Shown here: in pieces, positions 7,933 to 17,881 of the stretch | How positions within the stretch are numbered: the stretch's first letter is position 1 | Layout of the letters: the number at the start of each line of letters is the position of its first letter | Assembly (NCBI GenBank): GCA_964510585.1 | Contig: CAZECW010000181.1 | Span: forward strand, 1-31,176 | Source: an uncultured archaeon | GTDB lineage: Archaea > Asgardarchaeota > Jordiarchaeia > Jordiarchaeales > Jordiarchaeaceae | Direction: 5' to 3' | Length of the DNA: 31,176 nucleotides | Program-made: the position numbers and the translations under genes | Notes under the pieces: model-generated | Told to the model about the DNA's origin: nothing | Databases searched by the model: none | What the model saw: the letters and a program-made list of their open reading frames with translations, nothing else

Positions 7933-9411
7933 TTAAGGAATTGCAAGTCTTCCAGGATGCATGATGTAGTTTGGATCCCAAATCGCCCGAATCTTCTTCA
8001 AATACTCATGATAGGTTTTCGCCCTACTGTACATCATGGGAGCATGCACGTAAGGATCAGGCCTATACTCAACCCAACCCTTATCCAAGAAAATCTCAGT
8101 GGTCTCACGATTCAATTCCTGAACCTTGTCTACATCACCCGGCTTAGAAGCGTCGAAGCACACAATAGGCATACAGATAGCCTGCCTGCAGTGGTCAATA
8201 CTTGCAATCCACATCACAGGCGGGAAACCGTACTTCACCATCTTCTCATTGTAAATCTCCGCGAATTCGGCGCAATCCTTCCAGGGCGTATACCACGTGA
8301 TGAATAAGAATCCAGCATTCCAAAGCGAGTAGGGAATAGCAATCTTGTTTGGCTTCTTCAACCTGCTCGCAATCTGCTTCGGGTGAAGCTTCCACTGCGG
8401 TAACTTGTGACCAGTCCTAGCCTCATAACTCTTCATAATCTCATCGATGCGCTTACACACAAAGTCCAGTTCCTCTTGGCTATGCGCCCAAATCTCGAAG
8501 TTCATCCACCACTCAGAAATACCAAGCTTCTTATAGAACTCGTAATCCTTGGGAACCTTATCCTCAGGCCACCTCGTCATAACCAGAGGCCAGTTTCCTC
8601 CTTGAACCATGACGCAGTGATCAGCTATTCCCATTTCGTACTTAGAAACTTCAAGGGTGGCATCCTGCATGTCATAAGGATTATCCATTCCATACGCAAC
8701 CACTGTCTTGAAGTGCGGGTGAGGTACAATTTTTACTGCGGCTTTTGTGACCACTCCCATGGTTCCCTGTGCTCCCAGAAATAGTCCTCCAATGTCTGGT
8801 CCCAAGCCCCATTTATAGAAAGGTTTTGCTCCGGGTAAGGCCCAGCTTCCGGTGTAGAGGACATCGCCGGTTGGAACTACCACTTCTGCCCCTAAAACCA
8901 TGTCTGCCTGTGGCCCATATCTCCCTGTGACCATGCTAAATCCTCTTTCTAGGGCGTCACCCAAAACTGTTGCTGCTGGGGGGGCTCCGTCAGGCACTGG
9001 TGGTGCCCAGTCGGGATAGTGTTTTCTGAAGTATGCCCACACTGTTCCGCTTCTAACACCTGGCTCCACTACCATGTATCGACAGTCTGTGTCGACTTCT
9101 ACGATTCTGTCCATTCTTGAAAGGTCTAGTAGTATTCCGCTGGGTGATATGAGTGGTGAGGCGAATCCTCCGCTTAGTCCTCCGGCCACTGGTGTTACTG
9201 GGATTTTGTTCTCGTTGGCTAGTACTAGTATTTTTCTGACTTCTTCTACGTATCTGGGTCGTACTATAACTTCGGCGGGTATGGATTCGAGGCCCATGAT
9301 TCCTTTTGAAACATATGCGTAGCGCATTGGGACACTGTCGTTTACATACTCGTTTCCTACGATGCTTTTTAATGCGGTTATTATATCTTTTGTTACTGGG
9401 TTATAACTCAA
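7933..9411 (-). CDS. FAD-binding oxidoreductase, VAO/PCMH/GlcD family
   Basis: VIVRPRYVEEVRKILVLANENKIPVTP, ILLDLSRMDRIVEVD, VVEPGV, GLFLGAQGTMGVVTK and IWDPNYIMHPG motifs. TTG start with GGAGG. It ends 18 nt from the CCG partner gene. Confidence 0.88.
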   Translation of the reverse strand: MSYNPVTKDIITALKSIVGNEYVNDSVPMRYAYVSKGIMGLESIPAEVIVRPRYVEEVRKILVLANENKIPVTPVAGGLSGGFASPLISPSGILLDLSRMDRIVEVDTDCRYMVVEPGVRSGTVWAYFRKHYPDWAPPVPDGAPPAATVLGDALERGFSMVTGRYGPQADMVLGAEVVVPTGDVLYTGSWALPGAKPFYKWGLGPDIGGLFLGAQGTMGVVTKAAVKIVPHPHFKTVVAYGMDNPYDMQDATLEVSKYEMGIADHCVMVQGGNWPLVMTRWPEDKVPKDYEFYKKLGISEWWMNFEIWAHSQEELDFVCKRIDEIMKSYEARTGHKLPQWKLHPKQIASRLKKPNKIAIPYSLWNAGFLFITWYTPWKDCAEFAEIYNEKMVKYGFPPVMWIASIDHCRQAICMPIVCFDASKPGDVDKVQELNRETTEIFLDKGWVEYRPDPYVHAPMMYSRAKTYHEYLKKIRAIWDPNYIMHPGRLAIP

Positions 9412-9801
9412 TTATTTTTTTCCTCCACGCTTGTTTGTTGCTTTGGGGAACGGTACAACGATTTACTGATATTCTTTATTAATATTTTGCCAATTTTACC
9501 ATCTTGGTCTTCTTTGGGTTTTTGGTTCAGGGTGTTGCTTGGCTGGTTTTTGAGATTTTGGTTGTGCTGTTTTGGTGCTGGCTATCTTTTTTCATAGCTC
9601 CTTAGTGTACTTAATGACATTTTTATGTAATTTACTACATCATGCCCTAGGGAGAAGAAGCCCCCAATCAATATAAACTTTATCACAACTATGACAGCCA
9701 AAAACTTGAAACACCAAAAAATAGATGGATTCAAGAAAAAACGATACCCCTTCAAGAAGTGAGCCTATTCCCCTTTCCACCACTTCTAATATACCCATTT
9801 T

Positions 9802-10125
9802 TTAGAATACCCCTAGCCACTGTTCTTCGCCGTTTTCCCAATAGTGAACTGCGGAGACTAACCTGTTTTCCTCCGTTTGTTCCTCCACATAAAGGCTTTT
9901 TATAATTATTTTGTAGGTTGTACCACACTTATTGCATTTTATTTTATAGGTTTTAATGTTTAGCAGATTTTTTCCCTCTTTCTCTGTCACGTCCTGCCTG
10001 TCTAAGAGTTGGAGGTCGTCTTCATTCTCATTTCCGCATTTCATACATTCCCTAAGTCTGAATGCTTCCATGCCCCGTCTTCCCAGAGGTATATAAGCTT
10101 TCTCTGGCAAATCTTTTAGACCCAT
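9802..10125 (-). CDS. Small zinc-ribbon-like hypothetical protein
   Basis: Two CxxC pairs (CMKC, CNKC) followed by beta-strand-like segments. ATG start with an upstream GGTGA. Confidence 0.7.
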   Translation of the reverse strand: MGLKDLPEKAYIPLGRRGMEAFRLRECMKCGNENEDDLQLLDRQDVTEKEGKNLLNIKTYKIKCNKCGTTYKIIIKSLYVEEQTEENRLVSAVHYWENGEEQWLGVF

Positions 10126-10310
10126 AATCCTTCACCTAACATAATTTTTCCCTGAGCACGTTTTAGATTACAAGTTCTAACGGGTACTTATAACTATCGA
10201 CATATACTCTAAACCTTTTGGTAGTCAAATTTTTTGGAAGGAGTATTCTAGGAAAAATTAAAATTGGTATGGTATTTAGTTAATTAAAATGTTGAAGGTG
10301 TTTGAGCTTT

Positions 10311-12833
10311 ATGCAGGCGGTTATTTTGGCTGGAGGCAAGGGCACACGGCTTAGGCCCTTAACGGTGAACACTCCCAAACCCTTGGTTCCTGTGGGCGGT
10401 ATCCCCATAATGGAGTATACTATAAGGCTTCTGAAAAAGTATGGTGTAAAGGACATTATCATTTCTTTGGGCTACCTGAGTGAGAAGTTTGAGGATTATT
10501 TTGGGGATGGTTCAAGGCTTGGGGTTAACTTGACTTATTCTTACGAGGAGACTCCTCTGGGCACTGCGGGTGCAGTTAAGCATGCTCAAAAATTCATTTC
10601 GAATACTTTTATTGTTGCTAGCGGCGACGTTTTAACCGACATTAACTTGTCTGATTTTCTAAATATGCATCGCAGGAGCGGGGCCCCGGCCTCAATTGCT
10701 TTGACTAGATCCGTCAGTCCCACGGCGTTCGGCATTGTTTTCCAAGATGAGGATGGTTTCATAACACGCTTCCTTGAGAAACCGGGTTGGGGCGAAGTTT
10801 TTAGTGATATTATAAACGCTGGATACTACGTTATGGAGCCAGAGGTTTTGGAACTAATTCCGGAGAATAGGGAGTATGATTTCAGCAAGGACGTTTTTCC
10901 CAAAATGGTTTCTAACAGCCAAAAATTGTTTGGATATAGAATTAATAATTATTGGATGGATATAGGGACCCCCCAAAAATACCTTGAGGCTAACTATGAT
11001 GTTCTTAAGGGTTCTCTAAAAATTGACCTTCCCTACAAGAAGTCTAAGGACGGTTTATGGATGGGGGAAAACGTTAGAGTGTCTGAGGATTGCGAGATCT
11101 ATCCGCCTGCGGTGATTGGTGACTTCTGCCGTTTAAGCAAGGGAGCGGTTATTGACCGCTTTAGTGTATTGGGAGCTGGCTGCTATGTGGGTGAGGAAGC
11201 CCACATTAGTCGCTCCGTTATTTGGAATAACACCTCCATTCACAAATCAGCATCGCTTCGCTCCTGTGTGATTGGCTCAAGATGTGAAGTGGGTGAGAAG
11301 AGTAAGGTGCTCGATGGAGCTATTATTGGTGATGACTGTATTTTGGGTCCAGAGAGCATCGTGCAGGAAAACATTCTCATCTGGCCCGACAAGTTAATCC
11401 AGAAGAACAGCATCGTAAACATGAATGTTATATGGGGCGTTATGTGGAAGAAAAGCCTATTCGGGGATTACGGTATTTCCGGTCTTGCCAACTTGGAAAT
11501 CACTCCGGAGTTCGCCACAAAGCTGGGTGCAGCTTTCGGCACATATTTAGGTGAGGGTTCCAATGTAGTGGTGGGTAGGGACACTTATCTCATATCTCGG
11601 ATGATTAAGAGGGCAATGATAGCGGGGCTCCAATCTGCGGGTGTGAACGTCTTCAACCTCAGAGTTTTGCCCACGCCACTGATTGAGGAAGCTGTGAGGG
11701 CTAATAATGCGCGTGGAGGGGTTTCGATAAGCGTTCCCCGAGAAAACGAGAATGTAATAAATGTCAGACTGTTTGACTCTGAAGGCATAGATCTGAATGT
11801 GGCAGAACAGAAAAAGGTGGAGGACATATTCTTTAAAGAAGCTTTGAGGAGAAGCAAATCCGTGGATGTGGGTGATATACTTTACCCCACCCGGTTTGTG
11901 GAATCCTACTTGGAAACTTCAAGGAACTACATAGACACGAAACTGATTTCTTCAGCCAAAATGCGTATAGTGATAGACTGCGCTGATGGCAGCAGTTCCA
12001 TGATTGCGCCAACGTTTCTCAGGGATCTAGGATGCGAAGTAATTTCCATTAACGTTTCCTTTGGAGAGTCCGCTCCTAGGAGAACTCTACCTTCCGCTCC
12101 AAATTCTCTTCACACTCTTAGTAAGACTGTTAAGGCCCTCGATGCAGATTTGGGTGCCACTTTTGATAGTGATGCAGACAGGGTGTTATTTGTTGATGAG
12201 AAGGGGGAAGTGGTAAGTGGTGACACTTCAGTGGCTCTTCTCGCTCTGGCTGCTCTAACGGAATTTGGAAGGGGAAGCAAGATAGTGGTTCCCATTAGTA
12301 CCAGTCAGATAGTGGATATTTTAGTTTCTGAACATCAGGGAGAAGTGATTAGAACTAAGCTGGGACTAAGACCATTGGCAGAAGCCGTTATAAGAAACAA
12401 GGCAGTTTTTGGAGGGGACGAGACCGGAGGCTTCATCTTTCCTCAGATACACCCATTTAGGGATGGAGTAATAAGTGTCGCTAAGCTCACAGAATTCTTA
12501 GCGAGAAGAGGCCAATCCCTATCTGAAATTATAGGAGAGATTCCCAGATTTTACACGATGAAGGAATCCATACCAACTTCACTTCAACACCGAGGTGTAA
12601 TTATGAGAACAATTCTGGAGAATGCTGAGGGGGAATCCTTTGATACAATCGACGGAATAAAAATCTACCTCGATAAGGGCTGGGTTCTAATACGCCCCTC
12701 CTCAGAAGAACCCGTATTCGACATTTTTGTGGAGGCACAAACCGAGTCTAAGGCTAAAGAAATCATCAAAAACTACACCAAAGAAATACAAGAAATCCTC
12801 GTAGAAATCGAAAAAAGCACATACAAGGCATAA
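10311..12833 (+). CDS. Sugar-phosphate nucleotidyltransferase (mannose-1-phosphate guanylyltransferase-like) fused to a hexapeptide-repeat domain and a phosphomannomutase-like domain
   Basis: AVILAGGKGTRLRPLT...PKPLVP, LGTAGAVK, INAGYY and WMDIGTP motifs, left-handed beta-helix repeats, then LFGDYGISG, VVVGRD, FDSDADR and WVLIRPSSEEP. Start is probably ATG 10311 with AGGTG upstream. Confidence 0.9.
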   Translation: MQAVILAGGKGTRLRPLTVNTPKPLVPVGGIPIMEYTIRLLKKYGVKDIIISLGYLSEKFEDYFGDGSRLGVNLTYSYEETPLGTAGAVKHAQKFISNTFIVASGDVLTDINLSDFLNMHRRSGAPASIALTRSVSPTAFGIVFQDEDGFITRFLEKPGWGEVFSDIINAGYYVMEPEVLELIPENREYDFSKDVFPKMVSNSQKLFGYRINNYWMDIGTPQKYLEANYDVLKGSLKIDLPYKKSKDGLWMGENVRVSEDCEIYPPAVIGDFCRLSKGAVIDRFSVLGAGCYVGEEAHISRSVIWNNTSIHKSASLRSCVIGSRCEVGEKSKVLDGAIIGDDCILGPESIVQENILIWPDKLIQKNSIVNMNVIWGVMWKKSLFGDYGISGLANLEITPEFATKLGAAFGTYLGEGSNVVVGRDTYLISRMIKRAMIAGLQSAGVNVFNLRVLPTPLIEEAVRANNARGGVSISVPRENENVINVRLFDSEGIDLNVAEQKKVEDIFFKEALRRSKSVDVGDILYPTRFVESYLETSRNYIDTKLISSAKMRIVIDCADGSSSMIAPTFLRDLGCEVISINVSFGESAPRRTLPSAPNSLHTLSKTVKALDADLGATFDSDADRVLFVDEKGEVVSGDTSVALLALAALTEFGRGSKIVVPISTSQIVDILVSEHQGEVIRTKLGLRPLAEAVIRNKAVFGGDETGGFIFPQIHPFRDGVISVAKLTEFLARRGQSLSEIIGEIPRFYTMKESIPTSLQHRGVIMRTILENAEGESFDTIDGIKIYLDKGWVLIRPSSEEPVFDIFVEAQTESKAKEIIKNYTKEIQEILVEIEKSTYKA

Positions 12834-12979
12834 ACCAAACACTATAATATTTAGAAATTTCATAATAATTTCTACATGAATAGGGAATGGCGATTTTTGG
12901 GGAAACCTATTTTCATAAAAATCTCATAAAGGGGGAGTGTTCAAAATGCCAAAGAACTTTATAAAAATTTTACCATGTC

Positions 12980-13528
12980 TTATCCTTTGGGCTTTATTAA
13001 TGCAGCAAAAGACTCTAGCACTATTGTGGATAGTATTTCGAAATAAGCTTTTGGAGGTTCGGATACTCCTCTAACGCCCATATGTAGAAAACTCTTCTGA
13101 TTGGTTTTTTCTCTTCCCACAATTTTGATAACTTCATCTGCGATTCTAGCTAGGGTGGAGTCCTCCCAAGAGGTTATAGCGACAACTTTTCCCCGAGACT
13201 CCTTGGCAGCCTTGGCCACAGTTATAACCTCACTGGTCTCACCACTTCCTGAAATGGCTATTAGTAAGTCTCCCTCCACTATGGGCGGGATGAGATCCGT
13301 CATCTCGATGCTTATAAAGTAGACCTTGTAGCCCTTGGGTAGCAGCCGCATTGCAAACATCATGCCCGCGAAAGAAGACCTACCCTTACCCGTAATAAAT
13401 ATCCTATTTGCTTTTTGGATGTAGTCTTCAAGCTTTTTGAATTCATCAAAGTCTATCATGGTCAAGTTTTCTTGTAATTTTTTGAATGTGCTGTTTATCG
13501 CACTAGTAAGTTCCTCGCCTTTTTTCAT
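12980..13528 (-). CDS. SIS-domain sugar isomerase (6-phospho-3-hexuloisomerase-like)
   Basis: IFITGKGRS, GDLLIAISGSGETSEV and VVAITSWEDSTLARIAD motifs. GAGGAGG upstream. The C-terminus is shorter than in typical Phi enzymes, so the substrate is uncertain. Confidence 0.8.
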   Translation of the reverse strand: MKKGEELTSAINSTFKKLQENLTMIDFDEFKKLEDYIQKANRIFITGKGRSSFAGMMFAMRLLPKGYKVYFISIEMTDLIPPIVEGDLLIAISGSGETSEVITVAKAAKESRGKVVAITSWEDSTLARIADEVIKIVGREKTNQKSFLHMGVRGVSEPPKAYFEILSTIVLESFAALIKPKG

Positions 13529-13892
13529 TCATTGTTTCCTCCTCATATCTTTTTCATATAATATATCCTTACAGTATATAATTATTATGCAGTTTTTCAT
13601 TTCTTTAAAGTCACTTTAAAATTTTCTACCATATCACTTGCATTTCTTCTCTATAAAAGGAGGGGCGGAGAATATATCAACCATGCTCACAAGAGGATGC
13701 TTTTTTGAGCTCCTTCCCTGATTTAGTCCCAAAGGTAAACGTAGATGAGTAAATCTACATCGCCATACAGTGTTAAGGGTGATAATCTAGATACAAATGG
13801 CAAATTTTTATTTATCTGAGTTACTTTCAATATTTCATATTTTTCCTAAGCGCATCGAGACTAGAGAAATAGTTAGTTTTAGGGTGCAAGAA

Positions 13893-14897
13893 TTGAAGAG
13901 AGTTTTTGTGACTGGACAAATAGCTGAGGAGGCGCTTCAACTTCTCAGAAGGGACGCAGAGGTTGAAGTACATCCAAAAGAAGCCAGTCCCGAAAAGGAT
14001 GAGCTCATCAAACAGGTAAAAAGGGTTCATGGACTCGTGACTTTGCTCACCGACAGAATAGATGCTGAGATAATTAATCAGGCTGTAAATCTGGAGGTCA
14101 TCTCCAATGTTGCAGTTGGCTACGACAACATAGATGTTGAAGCTGCTACCAAAAAGGGAATCTATGTGACAAACACTCCCGGCGTTCTAGACGACGCTAC
14201 AGCCGATTTGACCTTTGCACTAATCCTAGCTATTGCCCGAAGAATACCCGAAGCGGACTCCTTTGTGAGAGCTGGACTGTGGAGGGGCTGGCACCCCAAC
14301 CTGTTTCTTGGAACGGACCTAAAAAACAAAACCCTGGGAATCATTGGTCTAGGAAGAATCGGAACCGCTGTGGCACAGAGAGCAAAATGCTTCAAAATGA
14401 ACATTCTCTACTACCAACCCACCAGAGACCCGGAGAAGGAAAAAAGCCTGGGCGCAAGATACGTCTCCTTAGAGGAACTCCTATCCCTATCCGACTTTGT
14501 TTCCCTCCATGTTCCTCTAACCAAAGAAACCCGAGGCATGATTGGCAAGAAAGAAATAAACAAAATGAAAAAAACCGCCTACCTAATAAACACTTCCCGT
14601 GGACCGGTGATAGATGAGACAGCCCTCTGCGAAGCTCTGACCGAAGGCAAAATAAAGGGAGCAGCCCTAGACGTTTTCAATGTGGAACCAATCAGCGCCA
14701 ACAATCCTCTACTAAAGTTAAAAAATGTGGTGTTAACGCCACACATAGGCTCTGCCACCCAGGAAACCAGAACAAGCATGGCAGTTTTAGCCGCCGAAAA
14801 TATGATAATTGCTCTAAGGGGCGAGGTTCCCCCCTGCCTTGTTAACCCCCAAGCCTTAAAACACAGAAAAAGAGGGACAGAACCAACAAACTTATAA
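13893..14897 (+). CDS. D-2-hydroxyacid dehydrogenase, glyoxylate reductase (GyaR)-like
   Basis: AVGYDNIDV, TNTPGVLDDATADL, LGIIGLGRIG, LINTSRGPVIDE, LDVF and LTPHIGSAT motifs. Likely TTG start at 13893 after AGGGTG; the ORF extends upstream to 13797. Confidence 0.9.
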   Translation: MKRVFVTGQIAEEALQLLRRDAEVEVHPKEASPEKDELIKQVKRVHGLVTLLTDRIDAEIINQAVNLEVISNVAVGYDNIDVEAATKKGIYVTNTPGVLDDATADLTFALILAIARRIPEADSFVRAGLWRGWHPNLFLGTDLKNKTLGIIGLGRIGTAVAQRAKCFKMNILYYQPTRDPEKEKSLGARYVSLEELLSLSDFVSLHVPLTKETRGMIGKKEINKMKKTAYLINTSRGPVIDETALCEALTEGKIKGAALDVFNVEPISANNPLLKLKNVVLTPHIGSATQETRTSMAVLAAENMIIALRGEVPPCLVNPQALKHRKRGTEPTNL

Positions 14898-15045
14898 CTA
14901 CATTTATACTCAAAAAGTAAAACTCTTTTCCCAATAAGGGAATGGCAACTTTTTTATAAATCTTAATTCTTCTGGAGTGCAAAAGTATCTTATTCACAAA
15001 AAATAGAATCTGAAAGATCTAATATGAGAAATATTTTGTTTAAAG

Positions 15046-16287
15046 GTGATGAGATTGCCCAAAGAGGGTCACATATCATTTGAAGAATTAAAGGTGGATT
15101 TCGGCTACAGCACATTTGAAGGAAGCCTTTTTCTATACACTGAGGAAGAAAACAAATTCCGGCAAGAATTTAGAAAATTTGTGAAGAGAGAAGTGGAACC
15201 AGTAGCCGACAGAATAGACCGCGAAGAAAACTTCGACCTAATACACGAAATACTCAAAAAAATGGGAAAAGCAGGATACTACAGCTTGGCTTTCCCCAAA
15301 GAAATAGGAGGCGGCGGAAAAGGACTAGTCTACAGAACCATAATGGGCGAAGAACTAACCGCCATAAGCTACGCCACCGCAGTGACCTACGGAGCCTCAG
15401 CCGCCCTTTACGCCATGCCCATCATAAAATTTGGAACAAAAGAGCAGCATGAAAAATTCCTAAAACCAATAATGCACGGAGAAAAACTGGGAGCAATAGC
15501 TATGACCGAGCCCGGAGCGGGATGCGACGTGGTGGGGGGAATGCGGTGCAGCGCCAAAAAAAGCGGAGACGGATACATAATAAATGGAGAAAAAAGATTC
15601 ATAACCAACGGTTCAAAGGCGGACTACCTTCTGCTATACGTGATAACTAACCCCAATGTTAAACCCAACGAGGGAATAAGCGCATTCATATTCCCCACAA
15701 ACACTGAGGGCTTCAAAGTTATAAAAGACTATGAACTAATGGGAAGACGGGGCTCAAAAAATTCCCACTTGGCCTTTAAGGACTGCTGGGTTCCCGACAT
15801 CTGCCTCCTAGGACAAGAAAATAAGGGCTTCAACATTCTCATGAGTGGGCTTGACGGAGAAAGAGTTTTCGCAGCCAGCCAGTACATGGGAATAGCCCGA
15901 TCAGCGTTTGAAATCGCCCTCAAATACTCTGCTGAAAGAATGCAATTCAAAAGGGCCATAAGAGAATTTGAAGGAGTAAGCTTCAAACTAGCGGAAATGT
16001 ACTCTCTGCTTGAAGCCTCAAGACTATTAGATCTTAGGGCTGCAAGAATGATTGACGCTGATCGTAGAGCCACAAAGGAGGCGGCCATAGCTAAATTCTT
16101 CGCTGCAGACGCAGCTGTGAAGATCTGCTCAGAAGCACTACAGATACTGGGAGGAATAGGCTACACCAAAGAGTACCCCATAGAAAGATACTACCGGGAC
16201 GTAAAAATAGGACAGATAAGCGCCGGAAGCTCCGAAATTATGCGCTTCCTCACCCAGAGGGAACTATTCCGAGAAATTGGCCTATAA
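15046..16287 (+). CDS. Acyl-CoA dehydrogenase
   Basis: AIAMTEPGAGCD, INGEKRFITNG, MGRRGS, RMQFKRAI and IERYYRDVKIGQISAGSSEIMR motifs. Confidence 0.93.
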   Translation: MMRLPKEGHISFEELKVDFGYSTFEGSLFLYTEEENKFRQEFRKFVKREVEPVADRIDREENFDLIHEILKKMGKAGYYSLAFPKEIGGGGKGLVYRTIMGEELTAISYATAVTYGASAALYAMPIIKFGTKEQHEKFLKPIMHGEKLGAIAMTEPGAGCDVVGGMRCSAKKSGDGYIINGEKRFITNGSKADYLLLYVITNPNVKPNEGISAFIFPTNTEGFKVIKDYELMGRRGSKNSHLAFKDCWVPDICLLGQENKGFNILMSGLDGERVFAASQYMGIARSAFEIALKYSAERMQFKRAIREFEGVSFKLAEMYSLLEASRLLDLRAARMIDADRRATKEAAIAKFFAADAAVKICSEALQILGGIGYTKEYPIERYYRDVKIGQISAGSSEIMRFLTQRELFREIGL

Positions 16288-16335
16288 ACCCAACCAACCC
16301 CTTCCCTCCCCCTATTTTCTTCCTTTAAAAGCTTT

Positions 16336-17496
16336 TTAGACCATGTATTGCCAAACTCTATAGATGGCGAATTCTCGATTTTTGAGTATCTCGGCTTTGG
16401 TTCTTTTCCCCGAGGCCACTTCCAGAATCATTTTGAAAATTCTTTCCCCAGCCTGTTTCAGAGTCTCCTTACCTTCCAAAACGCTGCTCACATCGATATC
16501 TATATTGTCACCCATCTTCTCAAATGTACGGTGGTTGCCAGTTATTTTGATTACTGGAGCTATGGGGCTTCCTGCGGGTGTACCCAAACCAGTGGTAAAA
16601 GTTATTAGCTGCGACCCCGCAGCCGCCAGGCCAGTGATTGATTCAACGTCCAGTCCCGGCTCATCCATAAGATACAACCCTTTACCAGGAGGCCTCTCCG
16701 CATAGTCCAATACACCCTGGATGGCTGAGTATCCCGCCTTGCAAATGTTTCCCAGTGATTTCTCCTCTATGGTAGTTATACCGCCAGCAATATTTCCAGG
16801 GGTTGGTTGTGAGCCCCGAGGATCAATGCCCATAGAGAGAACCTTGTTTATGTATTTGTCCACAGTGGCATAGATTTTCTTTTTAACCTCCTCATTTACT
16901 GCTCTTCTCGCCAGGAGGTGTTCGGCTCCTATCCACTCCGTGGCTTCTGGCAGAATAACTGTTCCCCCAGCTTGCACCACCATGTCTGCCGCTACCCCTA
17001 CTGCGGGGTTTGCCACTAGTCCTGAGGTGGCGTCGGATCCGCCGCACTCCAAACCCAGTATTAGTTCGCTTAGGTCACATTTTTCTCTGGTATACTCGGA
17101 AGCCTCCTCAGAGAGGGTCAACAGTATTTCTGTTCCTCTCTCGGTAGCTTTTAGGGTTCCTCCCTCGTCTTGGATGTTTATGTATTGCACTGGCTTCTTG
17201 GATTTTGCAATCTCGTCGGCGACGAGTTTAGCTGACATGTTTTCGCATCCTAACCCCACCACTAATGCGGCTGCAACATTGGGGTTTTTTCCAAAACCTA
17301 CTAGGGTGGACAGCACCCGCATGAAGTCTGCTCCTAGGTGCCCGCACCCCATGGGATGTGTGATGTAGACTGCTTCTTCTACATTGTTGGCTACGTTTAA
17401 TGCGACTTGGTTGGCGCAAACCACGGTTGAAATTACCAGGATGTTGTTTCTTGTTCCAACTGTTCCGTCGTCCCTTCTGAATCCTTGGAAACTCAT
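16336..17496 (-). CDS. UxaA/GarD/SuyB family dehydratase or sulfo-lyase, large (catalytic) subunit
   Basis: GFRRDDGTVGTRN, LVVGLGCE, LGLECGGSDATSG and NIAGGITTIEEKSLG motifs. It overlaps the SAF-domain gene by ATGA. Confidence 0.88.
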   Translation of the reverse strand: MSFQGFRRDDGTVGTRNNILVISTVVCANQVALNVANNVEEAVYITHPMGCGHLGADFMRVLSTLVGFGKNPNVAAALVVGLGCENMSAKLVADEIAKSKKPVQYINIQDEGGTLKATERGTEILLTLSEEASEYTREKCDLSELILGLECGGSDATSGLVANPAVGVAADMVVQAGGTVILPEATEWIGAEHLLARRAVNEEVKKKIYATVDKYINKVLSMGIDPRGSQPTPGNIAGGITTIEEKSLGNICKAGYSAIQGVLDYAERPPGKGLYLMDEPGLDVESITGLAAAGSQLITFTTGLGTPAGSPIAPVIKITGNHRTFEKMGDNIDIDVSSVLEGKETLKQAGERIFKMILEVASGKRTKAEILKNREFAIYRVWQYMV

Positions 17497-17801
17497 TTCT
17501 TTTCCCTCCTTTCCTGAACCAGTTCTTTGGAGTAGACACTTTCCACATTGTGGACGTGGACGTGTTCTCCCTCATTGATGGGTTGGCTGGCTAATCCTAT
17601 TACTTCACCGTATTTAATTACTTTCTCTCCCCTGGGTATCTTTATTATAGCGAACTTGTGGCCGAATGGAATTTTCTGCTTTACTTCGATATTCTTTGTT
17701 TTTCCACCTATATTTACGGGGACACTTGTTCCCTGTTCTACGTCTTCAATGACGGTTGCCACATTGTCTTTGGGCTCCATAACAATTGCTTCTTTAACCA
17801 T
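17493..17801 (-). CDS. SAF-domain small subunit (UxaA N-terminal/SuyA-like)
   Basis: DNVATV, IPFGHKFA, VIKYGEVIG and GEHVHVHNVES motifs. Confidence 0.88.
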   Translation of the reverse strand: MVKEAIVMEPKDNVATVIEDVEQGTSVPVNIGGKTKNIEVKQKIPFGHKFAIIKIPRGEKVIKYGEVIGLASQPINEGEHVHVHNVESVYSKELVQERREKK

Positions 17802-17881
17802 ACTAAACTCTCCAAAACATTAATTCCCACTTTGTAAATAAATAGGTAAACAGTTATTTGAAAATGATTAGTCTCTTTTGG

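Noticed and set aside
9420-9800. Possible small ORF or ncRNA between the FAD oxidoreductase and the zinc-ribbon gene
   Set aside because: Only a 22-codon minus-strand ORF (MKKDSQHQNSTTKISKTSQATP) with skew-driven composition is present, and I found no convincing stem-loop. The region is covered under the skew finding.
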